This document shows positions 36,501 to 50,569 of a stretch of 64,000 nucleotides of DNA, piece by piece. Below the pieces are notes generated by a model, which saw nothing but the letters and a program-made list of their open reading frames with translations, had not been told where the DNA came from and ran no database searches. How positions within the stretch are numbered: the stretch's first letter is position 1; every line of letters starts with the position of its first letter. The stretch is from Stylophora pistillata. Taxonomy: Eukaryota. The stretch spans positions 254,434 to 318,433 of the forward strand of contig NW_019217977.1 of NCBI RefSeq assembly GCF_002571385.2. The letters are read 5' to 3'. Both the position numbers and the translations under genes were made by a program.

Positions 36501-37096
36501 ACAAATTTTCACCGCAGACAAATATCCAAGCATATTTTTGCACCAAAACAAGGCTATTGTTTTATAAATCTGATACATAGATGTGTATATTTTAATACAT
36601 ATAACTACTATTTTTATAATGAAAATACCTTATACTTTCACATTTATGAATGAGTAGGCAATTTCAATGTTGAAATTTAGTTGTCTTAACAAAGTGTACT
36701 GTAGCAATGTTAAGTTACCAAACTGACATTAAAACAGTATGCAGAGCTCTTAAGTCTCACGCAAACAAATTCAACCTCACACTCTCACACTGAAACTATT
36801 ACTTTCTCATGCATTTTAGGTTTCTGATTTAAACTAATGATTTCAAAACAGCAAACTGCTGATTATAAAGGTTAATGAAATTATAATCCTACTAAATAAA
36901 AATTTAATCCTTGTTCCCTCGCATGCACCTTAAACACTTTTCACATAATGCATATCCTAGGCATATCCTAGGCTGTTCAGCATTAGTGCCTGGGCACCAG
37001 CACAAAATGGTGCTGTGTTCAGACACTGGGTACCTGATATATCAGTGCCCAATTCAATGCCTAAGTACTTTTATTGGGAGTGGGTCCGGTGCCTGA

Positions 37097-37314
37097 ATGG
37101 GCCATTTTACAGTTGTGTACTTAGTTGCCAAGCCTTTGATTCAGAGTGAGGCTAACGATGACCTTGTTGTGATAGAGACCTGTATCTAGTTAGCATGATA
37201 ACAAAGTGATTTACATTTGAAAGGCAGCAAGGTTTGTATCATAACAAGGTCATCCCTAGCCTCACTCCCATTCAAAGGCTTGGCAACCAAGCACACAACT
37301 GTAAAATGGACTAT
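37097..37314. mobile_element. MITE (long palindrome)
   Basis: AATGGGCCATTTTACAGTTGTGTACTTAGTTGCCAAGCCTTTGA...TCAAAGGCTTGGCAACCAAGCACACAACTGTAAAATGGACTATT. Confidence 0.75.
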
Positions 37315-37358
37315 TCTAAACTATCTGTTTGTGTTGTATATTAACTGATTTATAATCC

Positions 37359-37707
37359 NNNNNNNNNNNNNNNNNNNNNNNNNNNNNNNNNNNNNNNNNN
37401 NNNNNNNNNNNNNNNNNNNNNNNNNNNNNNNNNNNNNNNNNNNNNNNNNNNNNNNNNNNNNNNNNNNNNNNNNNNNNNNNNNNNNNNNNNNNNNNNNNNN
37501 NNNNNNNNNNNNNNNNNNNNNNNNNNNNNNNNNNNNNNNNNNNNNNNNNNNNNNNNNNNNNNNNNNNNNNNNNNNNNNNNNNNNNNNNNNNNNNNNNNNN
37601 NNNNNNNNNNNNNNNNNNNNNNNNNNNNNNNNNNNNNNNNNNNNNNNNNNNNNNNNNNNNNNNNNNNNNNNNNNNNNNNNNNNNNNNNNNNNNNNNNNNN
37701 NNNNNNT
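37359..37707. other. Assembly gap
   Basis: N run. Confidence 0.99.
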
Positions 37708-39024
37708 TAACCAAGCGCGAGGGTCGTACTGGGAGAATATCGGCCTGAGGTCTCGACTGTATGGACCGAGCGCAGCGAGGTCTGTACAAAAAAGACCGAG
37801 GGCCGATATTCTTCCAGTACGGTCCCAAGCAAGCTTGGTTAATAAAAGATATTTTACACGACTGAAGTTCAAAGGGACACCAGTGTGGTATCATTCGTGA
37901 CCATTTGGGACAGTGCCCGGTCCAATACTGAGAGAATATTGACCGACAATAGAGCATTTTGATTGGTTGATTTTAGTTATTGGCCCTCTGACTTCCCAAG
38001 TCATGTAATAAAATATATTAATGATGAAATTTGGCCCTTATACAGCATTACGTCTCTTTTTTGATGTGTGTATCTACATTTTCTCATTACCCTATTTTCC
38101 TATTTAAAATGGAAATAAGAAACAAAACAAAAGATATAATTTACCAAAACTACCAAAAAACCACACTTATTTCATGCGTCCTCTTATGTACAAGCCAGCT
38201 GTACCTTTACTGACCAAAATGATCAATTTGCCATTTATACTCTCACATTATCTTTGTGAACAAGATTATGTCTAGGAAACACTCTACACATAAATGAGTA
38301 CCAGTATTTAAAATTAAATAAACACTACCTACATAGTAAATAATAACAATTACATTTTCCTTTCTGACAATAAGCAAATGCTAAAAAACTATAACAAAGC
38401 CCCTTCACTGAAAATTACATTTATATTAATTAGTACTTCAAGTAATCAATAGCAATAATTAAAATAAAATTCCTTGTGTACCACCTTTTACCTTGGAATA
38501 AGTTTAATTACTACAACATTTTAAGTCACTGGCATGACTTGCAAATTAAAAAAAGTCCTTTTGTTTAAGTATTTAAATTAAAGAAGACCTTGAGATTCTA
38601 GTTCAACTGCCGTGATCGAGAGACCAAGATGGAATTTCTCCCTACAATTTCAGTATAGTATCGAGCAGACAAAGGACGAGAGTAAGAAAAACATCACTCA
38701 AGGGATCATTAGTTGATCCAAAACCAAATTCTCCAAACTAATATTATAAAAGTTGTATGGCAGAAAGTAAGGGGAGTTACCAATGAGATCTGGAAGTGAA
38801 AGCCTTATAAAAATAACTAAATCAAAGGTAACAAAAAACGACATGAAATCAAATAGAAGAATTGAAACTGCATGCATAAATAAAAAATTAAAGTATATAT
38901 TAACAAGGATTGTTTGAAATTTAAGAGTCTGCCAGGAAATGGTGACTTTTTAATATAGAGATTTCAGTGACTTCACTATTAAATAAGTTCTCTTTTGAGA
39001 CAGTGTTCAAGAGAATCAGTATCT

Positions 39025-41856
39025 CTACCAGATGTGACATTTGTTACGAGGGTTCATTTTGCTTCCTGGAGAACAATCGAAGGCTGCAGCAAAATCTTCG
39101 GAGTTAGACAATGAACCCAGGACTCTAAAGAACAAAATGAAAGTTTGTGTGCCTTTGAACTCAACTTGAAGATAGAATTTCTCCTAACACTATCAATACA
39201 ATATCATGCAGTCAAGTGATGAGAATAAAGAATAATATTAATAAGGGGATTATTAGTTTATCCAACACCAAATTCTCTGAACTAACATAAGAATTGAATG
39301 GCAGACAATAAGGAGAATTAATGAGGAGATATTGGTTGTAAAAGGGTTAATAAAAGAGAGCTATTTACTGCCAAGTCTAAAAAAAACTGAAACAAATGTG
39401 GTTGATTTCAGGTGAAAACATTCAAGACTTGAGGAACTGCAGTGCTAAAAATTTGAAGAATCTCCTTTAACCCTTCAACCCTAAGAGTGACCACCATCTA
39501 CTTTCTCCTAACTGTAATATGAGAGTGGTAAAAGGGGGGGGGGGTCAAGATCATGTCTCACGGAAAATAAATTGGTCCTTTCACAATTCATGGGAAATAA
39601 CTTCACTGTCGAAACTACAACCAAAAGCACGGTTCACAACAAATTAAATTCTTCTGTCTCATTCCACAGCATTGTCTGCCATTAATAGATAGTGGTATTT
39701 TCTATCTTAATCTGTTTTATATTTCATTCTTTATAAATAATGACACGGTTGATACATTATTGCTTTTAATAAAGACCATTATTATTATTTTGGAAAATCA
39801 TGGTTCACGGTGACTAATGAAATTATGATTCACAAGGAAAAAAAAAAACAAGCCGTTTCACATTTCACAGGAAAAAAATAGGCCATTCACAAATCATGAA
39901 AATACCCTTTACCACCCTCTAATGCTGCTGAATCAATAATTGAGATCATGAGATTAAAGGAAAATATAGCCAACCTACAAAGCTGTGATTGTTAAATTAT
40001 TTCTCCTCATCAGTACCAAAGAAAATGTATAAAGAACAGTATGGAGAATAAAAATACTGATATTAGGGTGTAATGGGTTAACATTCATACCTGAATTTAT
40101 CGGGTGAGTGAGAGTCAGAATCCAGCCTGACTATCGCAACCTGTTCTCTTATGTTCGCACACCAGCTCTGTGAAAAATATCCATACAAGTCAGTTATGAA
40201 ATATTTCTTTGACTTTTTAACCGCTGAGGGTGACTAATATCTAATTTCTCCTTACAGCATTATCACTGAATCAAATGTTAGGGTCTAGAGAAAAAAGGAA
40301 ACAATTGCTCAGTAAAATAAACTTGAGATTTCTAACAATACAAAAGGTAATATACAGAGAACTTCATAGTAAAATTAAATTAAATTGCCTCTGGAAATGG
40401 ATATCGCACTCATCGTTGCATGATTGGTGCAATAGTTTAATCTAATCTGGAATTCATGGGTCAAATAAAAAAAAGAATAAGAAAAAAAGAAAACAGCAAT
40501 AATATTGTTTGTTTGTATCCTGAGCACAAAACAAAAGATGGGAAACAAGATCACTTAGCCTTGTTTTCAACTCACAATTCCATGCTAAATACCTTGCTTC
40601 ATTAACCAATCAGAATGCCAGATTTCATTCAATTATACAATTCTATGAAGAATATACACACTGATATTAAAGCTTAAACATCTAGAAAATAGCAACAACA
40701 AGTCCTACGAACAACAATGTACCTGTGCAAATGCTGTGAAGAATGTTCGATCTGCTGTCATGTTAAGAAGAGGGAGAGGAGGTTCGACGCCTTCTTTCTT
40801 TTCCCATTCCTTATAAGCCTGTTCAAACAAGAATGCAAGTATATTATTGACAAAAGGTAATTGTTATTGATCTGAATGACAATAACCTGCCTCTATTTGT
40901 TAGTTTAAACTATAGTACAGCAATAGCCCATTTCCAAATTACCCTTGGCCTCTTTTTCAAAACAAGGCCTAGCTGGTGCTCAACCATTCTTGTGAAAATG
41001 AGTTTAATTTGCATGTGAATGAAAACTTATTATCATATGAAAGGATGAGCACCAGGACTCGTTTTGAAAATGAGGCCAAGGGTAATTCGGAAAAGGGCTA
41101 TTGAGAACTTAAATTTCTTCCATTAATTCAAACCCTGACTTAAATATTGAGGTCATGGGAATAATGGTTGAGACTGCAAACAATGTTCAACAAATTCTCC
41201 ATGTAAGTAACAAAAGAAATGTCTAGAGCTTTATTAGCATTTTAGGCAACTGATGGAGGCAGAAAAGTATTTTCATTGAAACCTAGACATGGTCAGATGG
41301 GCTCATCACATGCTAAGCCTTTGCACATCCTTTCTCAGATTTTCAGTGATGTCCTTTGTGTAGTATGTTGGTAGAAGCAAAGCTCTTTGTTAATAGTCTG
41401 GTTATCTGTAACTGATTTGTAACAAAGCATGAGAAGGCAATTGTCCCAAAAGATTCCTTAAACAAATTTTTTTCTACCCACATCCTGGTAAAAAGATATC
41501 TGAGAGAATCATTGAAGATTTCTTGAATCCACTTGATTATTCCAAATTGCCGCATTTGCAATAATTTCTGCACCAANTATAACATAGCATGATTTTTTTC
41601 TTGCAGTAACAAAATTATTTTCATTGGTTTGATTGAATTTCTTCCATCCCTAAAAGGTCAATAAGTTGGTCGGTTAGTCAGTCAATCAGTCATTCAAAAA
41701 AACCGGTTGGTCAATAAGTCAGTCAGCTGAGCAGTCAATTAGTCATTCAATCAGTTAGTAAGTCAACCAGTCAGCCAGTCAGTCTGTCAGTCAGTCATCA
41801 GTCCATCAATCAACCAGTCAATCAGTCAATCAGTCAGTCAGTCTGTCAGTCAGTCA

Positions 41857-41887
<31 letters not shown>

Positions 41888-42086
41888 TTTGGTCAGTCAG
41901 TCATCAGTCAATCAGTCAGTCTGTCAGTCAGTCATCAGTCCATCAATCAATCAGTCAGTCTGTCAGTCTGTCGGTCAGTCAGCTGGTCAGTCAGTCATCA
42001 GTCCATCAATCAACCAGTCAATCAGTCAGTCATCAGTCCATCAATCAACCAGTCAATCAGTCAGTCAGTCTGTCAGTCAGATGGTT

Positions 42087-42123
<37 letters not shown>

Positions 42124-45100
42124 TCAGTCCATCAATCAACCAGTCAATCAGTCGGTCAGTCAGATGGTCTGTCAGTCAGTCAGTCATCAGTCCATCAATC
42201 AACCAGTCAATCAGTCAGACATCAATCAACCAGTCAATCAGTCAATCAATCTGTCAGTTAGTCAGTCAGTTGGTCAATCAATCAATCAACCAGTCAGTCA
42301 GCCAGGCAGTCAATCAGTCACTCAAACCATAAGTCAGTTGGTTGGTCATTCAGAGCATCAGTCAGTCAGTCAGTCAGCCATTTATTCAGTCAGTCAGCCT
42401 GTTTGTCCAGTCATCTGCAAATCAATAAGTTAAAAAAAAAAATGCAACTCCAATACTACACAGCTATTGGCTAAGAGGTAGAAAACCATTTCACTTACAT
42501 TCTTATTAAAGTAAGAAAAGTTTGAATACTGCTGTATCATACATGCACTCCTCTTCTCATATTGTTCCACAGATTTTTGTGTCCACCACAGTGTCCCATA
42601 ATTTCCATATTTATCATACATGCGACCTATGTAAACAAATTCACAAATCAGCTGAATGGAGAATTCTTCAGGAAAGAAGTTGGTCAGACAATGTTCCTTG
42701 TTGGACAAAAGTTCCTTGAAGCTTAGAATTAACCCGAGATCATTCAGGATTTCATCAAAGGACTTTAAGGTAACTTTTTGTTTGCTAATCTGATGTTGGT
42801 GATATGTTGTTTTTCCACTTGATAATTAGTTTCATTTCCTTTCACTTCATTTCTTCATGATTAGGACATGACCTCACTATTGTAGAGTTTCTGAGGGGGG
42901 AGGAGATGGTGAACACTAGTGTCTTGCATATTATTTCAATGCTCTGCATAAAAAGAAAATACAAAAAAAATTGCATGTAAGCAATTGCTAAGTATTTTTA
43001 TACACAAACTCCTCTCTATACCTGAATTGTCAAAGGCATGAGTAAGTTCATGGCCCACCACTGCTCCAATTTCTCCAAAGTTCACAACCCTAACAGTAAA
43101 TGAACAGACAGAATGAAAAGGTTTTTAACATACGATGAAGACATGTCCACTGAAACCATAAAATTGATATTAAAAAATATAACCATCATGAGTTAATAAA
43201 AGCCATGATTATAAAATTGTGATCCTTTAATTATCAATAACAATTACAATTTTGTGTGACATCGTGATAAACATGGTAAATTCAACTTACTTTGGGAAGT
43301 TCCTGTTATAGTATGGAGCTTGCAAAATTCCTGCTGGGAATACTGCAAGGTAACAAGTGACAATAACCAGTCAAACACCTCTCAAATTTCTTTGACTCAC
43401 AGTTTACTTTTCACTCAACCTTTTGTACATAATTTATGATGAAGTAGTAAGAAAAGATGTAAAGATTACTGTAATGAAAGCAGTTACTGTAGCATAGCAA
43501 CAGCAATAAGGTTAATAATAAGGATGGTAAGAAATATAACAATTTACAATAACACCTTACTCTCAAGGCTCATACGAATGAAATCAATCTTATGCTCTCA
43601 CTCTGAAACTATTATTTCTCACACATTTAAGGTTTCTGATTTAAACTGTTGATGAAATGTCAAACTGCTGCTGTAGTTAAGTGCCTATCAAATTAATTAT
43701 CCTAATTAACTCCTTAATTCCTTTCCACTCCCTTCAAACACTTTCCAACAATGGAAAATTCTTGCTCAGAATAAAGGAATGCACATCTTAGCTACTTCAA
43801 TTTTTTTCCCAATTTTTTGCAAAGGGGGGGTATGCCCCCATACCTCCCAGGATGGTAATGCCCATTTCACTCTTTTCCAGCAAACAAATAATGCTAATAA
43901 TAATAATAATAGTAATTATTATAATAATAATACTAAAGAAGTCAAATAATAATAGAGGCCGAAATGAAGGAGTTGGTCGGAAACAAGAGTAAGGGAGTTC
44001 TTCAAAATATGCAGAAGGCTTTGATCTTGGGAACACTAAATATCTCTCGGTCATTTAAAGTTGTAACATGAACAATGAAAAATGCTTTCTATTTAATTCT
44101 TTGCCTTCAAAAATTCTGTGGATTATAAGAAAATTAGGAAGTGATCGTCACTGATTAACTCTTTCAAAGCTGAAATAAGTAATAGGTTTTTAAAGATTAA
44201 TTATAACGACTATTTTAGATTCGGATACCCGAAATACCTATTTTTTTTTTTTAATTTCTCGAGATTTTTTTTTCACTATTATAATAGTTAACGGGCTACG
44301 CTCATGCGTCCCGTAATACTATTCTTACTGTATATAGCATACAAAAGTTTTAAACTGCTGCATAATAATAATAATTTAAACATGTCTATACAGGATTGCT
44401 ACATCAGTTTTATAAAAACCTGCTATCAATGCAGGGCCTGTAAAAAAATAAAAAATATGGATAAAAACAGATTACAATAATATGAAATAGTTACACTAAA
44501 AAGAAGATCTGAAATAATGTTACAGAGAATAATGATGATGATGATAATTAAGACAACGAGAAAACTTAAGGCCAATGGTGTTGGTTATGATAACAATAAG
44601 CAGTGGAGTATGACTGTGTTTTCTCTGGGCAACTGACTAAACAAATAAACTTACCAATCTGGTTCCTGGATGGACTATAGTAAGCATTGACAGTTTGTGG
44701 TGTCATATACCACCTGTTACAGAAGAGATTAAGAAAGAACATAAGAAAAGTGGACCTTTCAACTCTCGTTAAAATTTAAAACTTAACTAAATAACTTTAT
44801 AATCTTTTTAATTATCTACTGTAAATAACTATCATCTACATAATTATGTAAATGTATGTGACTTTTAAATTTTTTAGTGTCCCCCATTAGCTTATAGCTA
44901 AAAACATAGACACTTAAATAAAGTTTTTCATTCATTCATTCATTCATTCATTAAGAGAAAAAGGAAAATTGATATGACAAAATAAACTGATCGTTGGATT
45001 CACAACAGATTTCTGAGTAGCTACATAACAGCTGAATAAATTTCTCTTCAAATTCTCCCACTCAAACTTTGACAGCCCAACCAAACAAAGAACACACCAA

Positions 45101-47967
45101 CGAAGCTGGACCTCCTTGCTCAGATGTTTGTTTCAAGAATTTGGTCTTTTCACATCCACCACTAAGCAGGTAAAGCTGAAAGAGTTCAGGGCCAAGTTGT
45201 TCAAAGCTGGGTTAAGATAACCCTGGGTTAGTGTGAAATCTAATCTTGAAAATTCACTACAATTATTTTGGTCTGCAATTTGACGATTGGATGCCTTTTA
45301 AAGAGTAGTATGAGAAATTATCTGAGAATGGTTTTTTACACATGGGGATGAAGAAACCTGGATAAAAATTTACGGTAACCCTGGGTTAACCCTAGTCAGC
45401 CTTTGAACAACTGGGCCCTGGCATACAGTTTATATTCCTCATACTGATGAAGAGTATCAATTCAAACACATAAAATAGGAATAAATTCATTATAAATGAA
45501 AAGGACTAGATTCATTAAAAAAATAAAGTAAGAATTGCCACAAGACTTAAAAGAAAAGGAAATATTATTAGATTTTGCAAGGAAGGAGCTACACTCCAAG
45601 ACACATCTGTTGGGACTCTAATACTGCCTCCCCTGCCCCTCTCAAAGTTGGTCTGGAAGATGGCATAGACAAATATTTCATGAAAAATTTTGGAAGGAGG
45701 TGAAAAAACATCATATGAATAGTTCTGGAGAAGTGTCCCAGCTAATTATGTGGGGAGTGTCGGTTCAATGTTTTGTGTACCCCCTCTACCCTTCCACTTC
45801 CCACCTCACCCTTTTCCCTCTCATTTATAGATTGAAATAAATAAAAAGTCAAGTAAAGTCTGTTTACAAGCCAAGTGGCCCCTTTGGAAAGCACTCAACT
45901 CCAGTTTCTGTAGCATGGAGTGACTAGGAGTATTTCTGGGATGCTAGTCCATCACAGGGTTACCCCCCCCCCTGCCTCCCCAAATAAATTTATCTCTACC
46001 TATTTTTAAAAACATCGGAGTGAAGAGAAGCCCTATGATGAGAGTAAAGTGTCTTGCACAAGAACACAACACAATGTCCCCAGCAAGGACTTGCATCTAC
46101 GCCACTCAATCTGGAGTCTAGTGCACTAAGCATGGGGCCACCATGCCTCTCTTTGGAAATTAATGACTAACCACTAATTTTGGAATCCTTTTCTTCAAAT
46201 ATTTCCATCTGTAAAGCATTGGGGATTTTAAAAATTTACCCAAAGCTAATTAGTGAGTCTTATTCATAGAATAAACATACTTATGCTTGTCAACAGGCTT
46301 GCGGAGCATATTCAGGGTCTTGGAGAGATGGAAGTCATCAGAGTTGCGTACGTTCTGAAAATAATTCTTAGGACTGAATTCAAGCTGAAAATGAAGAAAA
46401 TTCTTCAGATTATTATTATTTTCCAATAACAGGCTGATGAAATATACAATAATTTATAACATCATTTGTTGGAGTAAATATGTAAAGAAAAATGTCAAAC
46501 ATCAAAATCAGTGAACATACTTAAATGATGTCCTATCAGTAAAAAAAAAAAAAATCAAAACCATTTTTAATACAGCTTCCTCAAGTTCATTAATCAAATT
46601 ACCCTTTTTCAAACCTCCCAATAAAAAGACAAGAAAATGACCTCAAAATCCTTCACCATTTAAGAGACTTCTCTTTTCAAACATTTGACTTAGAAACTAT
46701 ACTGATGAGTATAGGGACACAAGTACCCTGTAACCAAATTGTAGATAGACCATTTTTTATCATCAACTGGAATTTCAGGTAAAAAATGAACTTGGATATA
46801 CAAGAATCTTTCAACCAAACTTTCATAAAACCAGAACCCAGTGCCTAGAATTTAAGTGCACAAGAATCCTGTACCTAGAATTAAATGAGAGCCTGTGATC
46901 AACACAAGCCAGCCCCAGTCTTTCATGCATTCATTCATTTCAGTGTAGCCCAAGGAAGATAGCTCACTTGCAGCATTGATCTAAGCATTGTTTTGCAAAT
47001 TCATGGTTTTCATGCCAACATTCCAACTCTCCCGTATCATCCAGGAGTCTCCCCTTTACAAAACCAGTCTCCTACTTTCCCGCATAGTTAACCAAATCTA
47101 CCTGATAAAAGCAATAAACCAGCTTTCAAAAGCTCTGCACCCCAAGATTTACTCAAATCAAAATGATTTTGGTTTAAATTTACAAACTCATCTTGCTATT
47201 TCTCAAAGCATTTTTTTTATGCAACCACATCTTGACATAAATAATTGTAAACAAAAGCAGTTTCTTCATTTTTTGGGAAGGGAAATTGATTTAATCTGGG
47301 GGGAGCATCAATTTTTTTTAGTTAGCGGTGGGGGTTGCTGCTGAGTTGATGCTGTGGTGGCATGGGAGAAAAATCTCCAGACTTTAAATCTGCACAGGTT
47401 GGCATCTATGAAGTCGTACTCAACTGCTCCTAGCTACTCACCCCCTTGTACTTCTCTTCAAGTTTTTGTGGATCCTTGATGTAGTCTGGAAATCCAATCA
47501 TGTCTACCACTGCATCCGCCTGGAAGTTTTTAAAAAGAAAACTTTGTTTCCTGTGTTTTGTCTCAAACAAGATGATTCCAACCTTAATTTCTTGACCAGC
47601 CAGAATATCATTTGCAATTTTTTAAATCATTGTAAGAAGTAATAAATCTTGGACTATCAATGATAATAAAATAATTATCAAAATAATTGCTTCACACATA
47701 TCTGTGGCTTTGATCATCATGATGAAGGCTAAATGAAACACTAAATCTAGTGAGGTATTCATTTACAAATGTGCCAGCAAAAGATTAATGTAGAATAGCT
47801 CTGGAAATCAGAATAATAAGTTGAGTTAAGGAAGAGTTATCTCGGATACCCAATTGACAGTTAGACACCTTGTCTTCAGCTGCCTTGCGTGTCTTTTCAT
47901 CCATCCACTCCAGATCTGGTAGACCTCTTTTAAATGCATCACGTACAGCATCGACCATCTGAGTGGC
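39025..47967 (-). CDS. M13 zinc metallopeptidase (endothelin-converting enzyme/neprilysin-like), 3' half only
   Basis: Exons 47967-47869, 47519-47442, 46384-46281, 44713-44655 (VNAYY), 43342-43291 (FPAGILQAP), 43089-43022 (GHELTHAFD), 42626-42499, 40818-40723, 40167-40091 (HSP..FR), 39124-39025 ([10 protein letters not shown]). All GT-AG and in phase. The ENIAD exon and the 5' half were not found. Confidence 0.93.
40923..41102. mobile_element. MITE
   Basis: AATAGCCCATTTCCAAATTACCCTTGGCCTC...GAGGCCAAGGGTAATTCGGAAAAGGGCTATT. Confidence 0.7.
41660..42430. repeat. Complex (CAGT/CAAT)n microsatellite in an M13 intron
   Basis: ~770 bp of CAGT/CAAT/CCAT tetramers; source of the spurious SQ-rich ORFs. 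Confidence 0.95.
45188..45418. mobile_element. MITE
   Basis: GGGCCAAGTTGTTCAAAGCTG...CAGCCTTTGAACAACTGGGCCC. Confidence 0.7.
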
Positions 47968-48089
47968 CTGTCATTGATTTGGAACAGACATATAAGCATA
48001 AACCTTAGTACTTACTAGAAGCTAAGGATCTGGCTTTAATCAAACAAGGTACACAGCAGTCTTCTACAAGGGTAACAGAGTGTGGGACA

Positions 48090-48510
48090 ACACTGAATTT
48101 TACCCTCATGGATAAAACTATATGTAGAGTCAATAAGTGTCAGTCAAACAGGCAATACTCAGATAGCTTTTATATGAACAGGTGTACAGAATAGAGGTCT
48201 GGCATTCTAGTACTCTGTAGTAGTCCTCCACAGGGAATATACAGTGTGATTTGACAACTTTATCCTTATAGATAAAACTGTAAGTAGAGTCAATTAAAGT
48301 CAGTCAAACAAGTAGCACCCAGATAGCTATTACTAAAATGAACAGGTGCAAAGAATAGAGGTCTGGCATTCTAGTACTCTGTAGTAGTCCTCCACAGGGA
48401 AAATACAGTGTGATTTGACAACTTTATCCTTATAGATAACACTGTACATAGAGTCAATAAAAGTCAGCCAAACAGGCAGTAATCAGACTGCTTTTACTTG
48501 AACAAGTGCA
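48090..48510. repeat. ~164-bp tandem repeat, ~2.5 copies
   Basis: AATAGAGGTCTGGCATTCTAGTACTCTGTAGTAGTCCTCCACAGGGAA at 48190 and 48354. Confidence 0.85.
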
Positions 48511-49147
48511 CGACATGTAGCAGCTTTTCACCCAACATCCAATTCTCTATGTGTTTTACAAGGCAAAATGAGAAAGAATCTAACTTTCCATCAGGGAACA
48601 ATAAGTGTTTTTCCTATGCAACCACTGCATTTCAATGATTTTTAGGAATTCTAAAGTCAAAAAATTTTGAACACAATTTCAATGGAATGGCAGGCTATTT
48701 AACCCGTAACACCCTTACATCAGTATGCGTATTCTCCATACTATTCTCTATTCTCTATACATTTCTTAAGATGCTTGCAAGGAGAATTTGTTGAACAATC
48801 AAAAGCCTCCTTGGAACCAATGGGTTAAAACAGCTTCAACAGGATGAGTTTTTTGAAAACATTCCTTAAAAAAAAATAATTGATTGAACAATCAGTATTA
48901 TCTGCTTTAATTATACCAAAAAAATTTATCTCAACTCTAAGGTCAAATCTATTTCTCACAAAANNNNNNNNNNNNNNNNNNNNNAGAGAAAGTGATAATC
49001 AAATTGGTAGACTTAAATGCTTTCATTTCAATTAACTTTCAGATCGTAATTGTAGTCGTAATCGTAATCAAAGGTTAATGTCTTTACATAGGGCATGGTT
49101 ACCCATATTGCCCGAGCCAGAGGCTCGTGTATGAAACACAAGACAAC

Positions 49148-49427
49148 AACCCACCCATCCCACCCCAGGGGAGGACATCCATCACACAGTAATCTCGTGC
49201 GTGGGAAATTAACATCTCCTACCCCTAACCCTGCAGGAGACAAGACCTCCATTTATTCGTCCCTATCCGAGAAGACTAGAATATCTAAACCATTTCTTGA
49301 TGTTATAGAAAGGCAGCATATTCTTCTCAGTTATTTTAAGACCTTGAGGGTTGGTCCTGCCAGGGCTCGAACCCTTGACTTCCCGCACATCATTCCAGTG
49401 CTGTATCCATTGAGCTAACCGGGAGGC
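49148..49427 (-). mobile_element. tRNA-derived SINE
   Basis: Reverse strand begins GCCTCCCGGTTAGCTCAATGGATA...GGTTCGAGCCC (A/B boxes); body shared with other copies in the window. Confidence 0.85.
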
Positions 49428-49462
49428 AGATGATGTTTGTTTTTTGTTCTTTTTTTTAATAG

Positions 49463-50569
49463 GTACAATGTTCTCAATGTTTTGGGTGGATTAGCAGCTA
49501 AAGAGACACGGGTCTCCATGTCCAAGGCAAGCATTGCTCTTTTATGCTGGTTTTTTTTTTTTTATTATTCTATATTTTCAATCAAATTTTAGTAACGTTG
49601 AATTTTTGAGAGGTACTTTTATTAGCTTTGTACATGTACCCAGTGGCTTTTACTCTTGACCCAGTGAAGAGCTCCAGGCACTTGGTTTGGCCAGAGTGTC
49701 CTTATATTGTGTTCTTGGGTAATACAGTCATGTTTATGTCATGGTGTCCATTCCAAGGGTTATAAATGAGTAACAGCAAACTGCTGAGGGTTTACCAGTT
49801 TGACTCTCTTCTTGTCCAGAAAGAGGGGCAATACTTCCTGCTCACCTCTATCTTTGGAAGGGTTTCGACCAATAGAAAGTTTGTCCTCACAAGTTTTCAC
49901 CTCTCAAAGTGAGTTTGCTTCACCATGTAAAAGAAGTTTGCCATTATGCCTTTCAAAGACTAATGTTGTCGCATCTTTTCAATTATCACAGCATAAGTTA
50001 CTTAATGTCTTGTCAAATCTGTGTACAAATGCTTCTAAAGACAGTTCCAACAACTACACTCTTTCCAAACTTGTTAAGGCAACAGGATGACGACACATCT
50101 ATGGTCATCTTGATACCACTTATGTTAACTGAACGTCATGTACTTAATATTGACTGTCACACATTTAACATTTCTGACAAATGAGTAGCTTAGGATTAGC
50201 CACACCCTCACCCATCTGTTTCTCCTTGGGGGGGGGAGGGGGGTTCAGCTACATGTAAGTTAACAATAACAATGATTTAATTTTAACACCCAATTATTTC
50301 TATATGTGCTTTCATAGGCAAATGCATTGGGAATCAAAGGAAACCTGAAAGGTGATGGCATGCTAAATGGTGGCATGCTTATAGTAACAGCTGGTGGAGA
50401 GAAAGTTCTTCTTGATCACAAACAGGCATCTCCAGGGGACCATGTTGCCAATGAAAAAATCCTTGATGTCCTTGGGATAAAATCTGAAGAGTCAAAGAAG
50501 GAGGAGACAGAATCTGCGTCAGCAGCCGCAGCTGATTGTGGATGTGCTGTGAAGGAAGGGGAATCATAA
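49463..50569 (+). CDS. PRXL2B: Peroxiredoxin-like 2B / FAM213B-like (SelU family), last two exons; probable selenoprotein
   Basis: Exon 49463-49526 (R)YNVLNVLGGLAAKETRVSMSK, GC-AG intron, then exon 50318-50569 ANALGIKGNLKGDGMLNGGMLIVTAGGEKVLLDHKQASPGDHVANEKILDVLGI. Matches the PRXL2B C-terminal half as I recall it. N-terminal exons are absent, beyond the gap at 48964-48984. Confidence 0.82.

Noticed and set aside
41530-41600. Minus-strand GAEIIANAA as a degenerate GENIADNGG exon
   Set aside because: Weak similarity, no convincing phase-0 splice sites, and it spans the ambiguous N.
41889-42433. SQ/V-rich ORFs of 147 and 89 aa
   Set aside because: Translations of a (CAGT/CAAT)n microsatellite inside an intron.
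48090-48510. CRISPR-like repeat array (also 4190-4540)
   Set aside because: Eukaryotic context, whole units are duplicated without unique spacers, and there are no cas genes.
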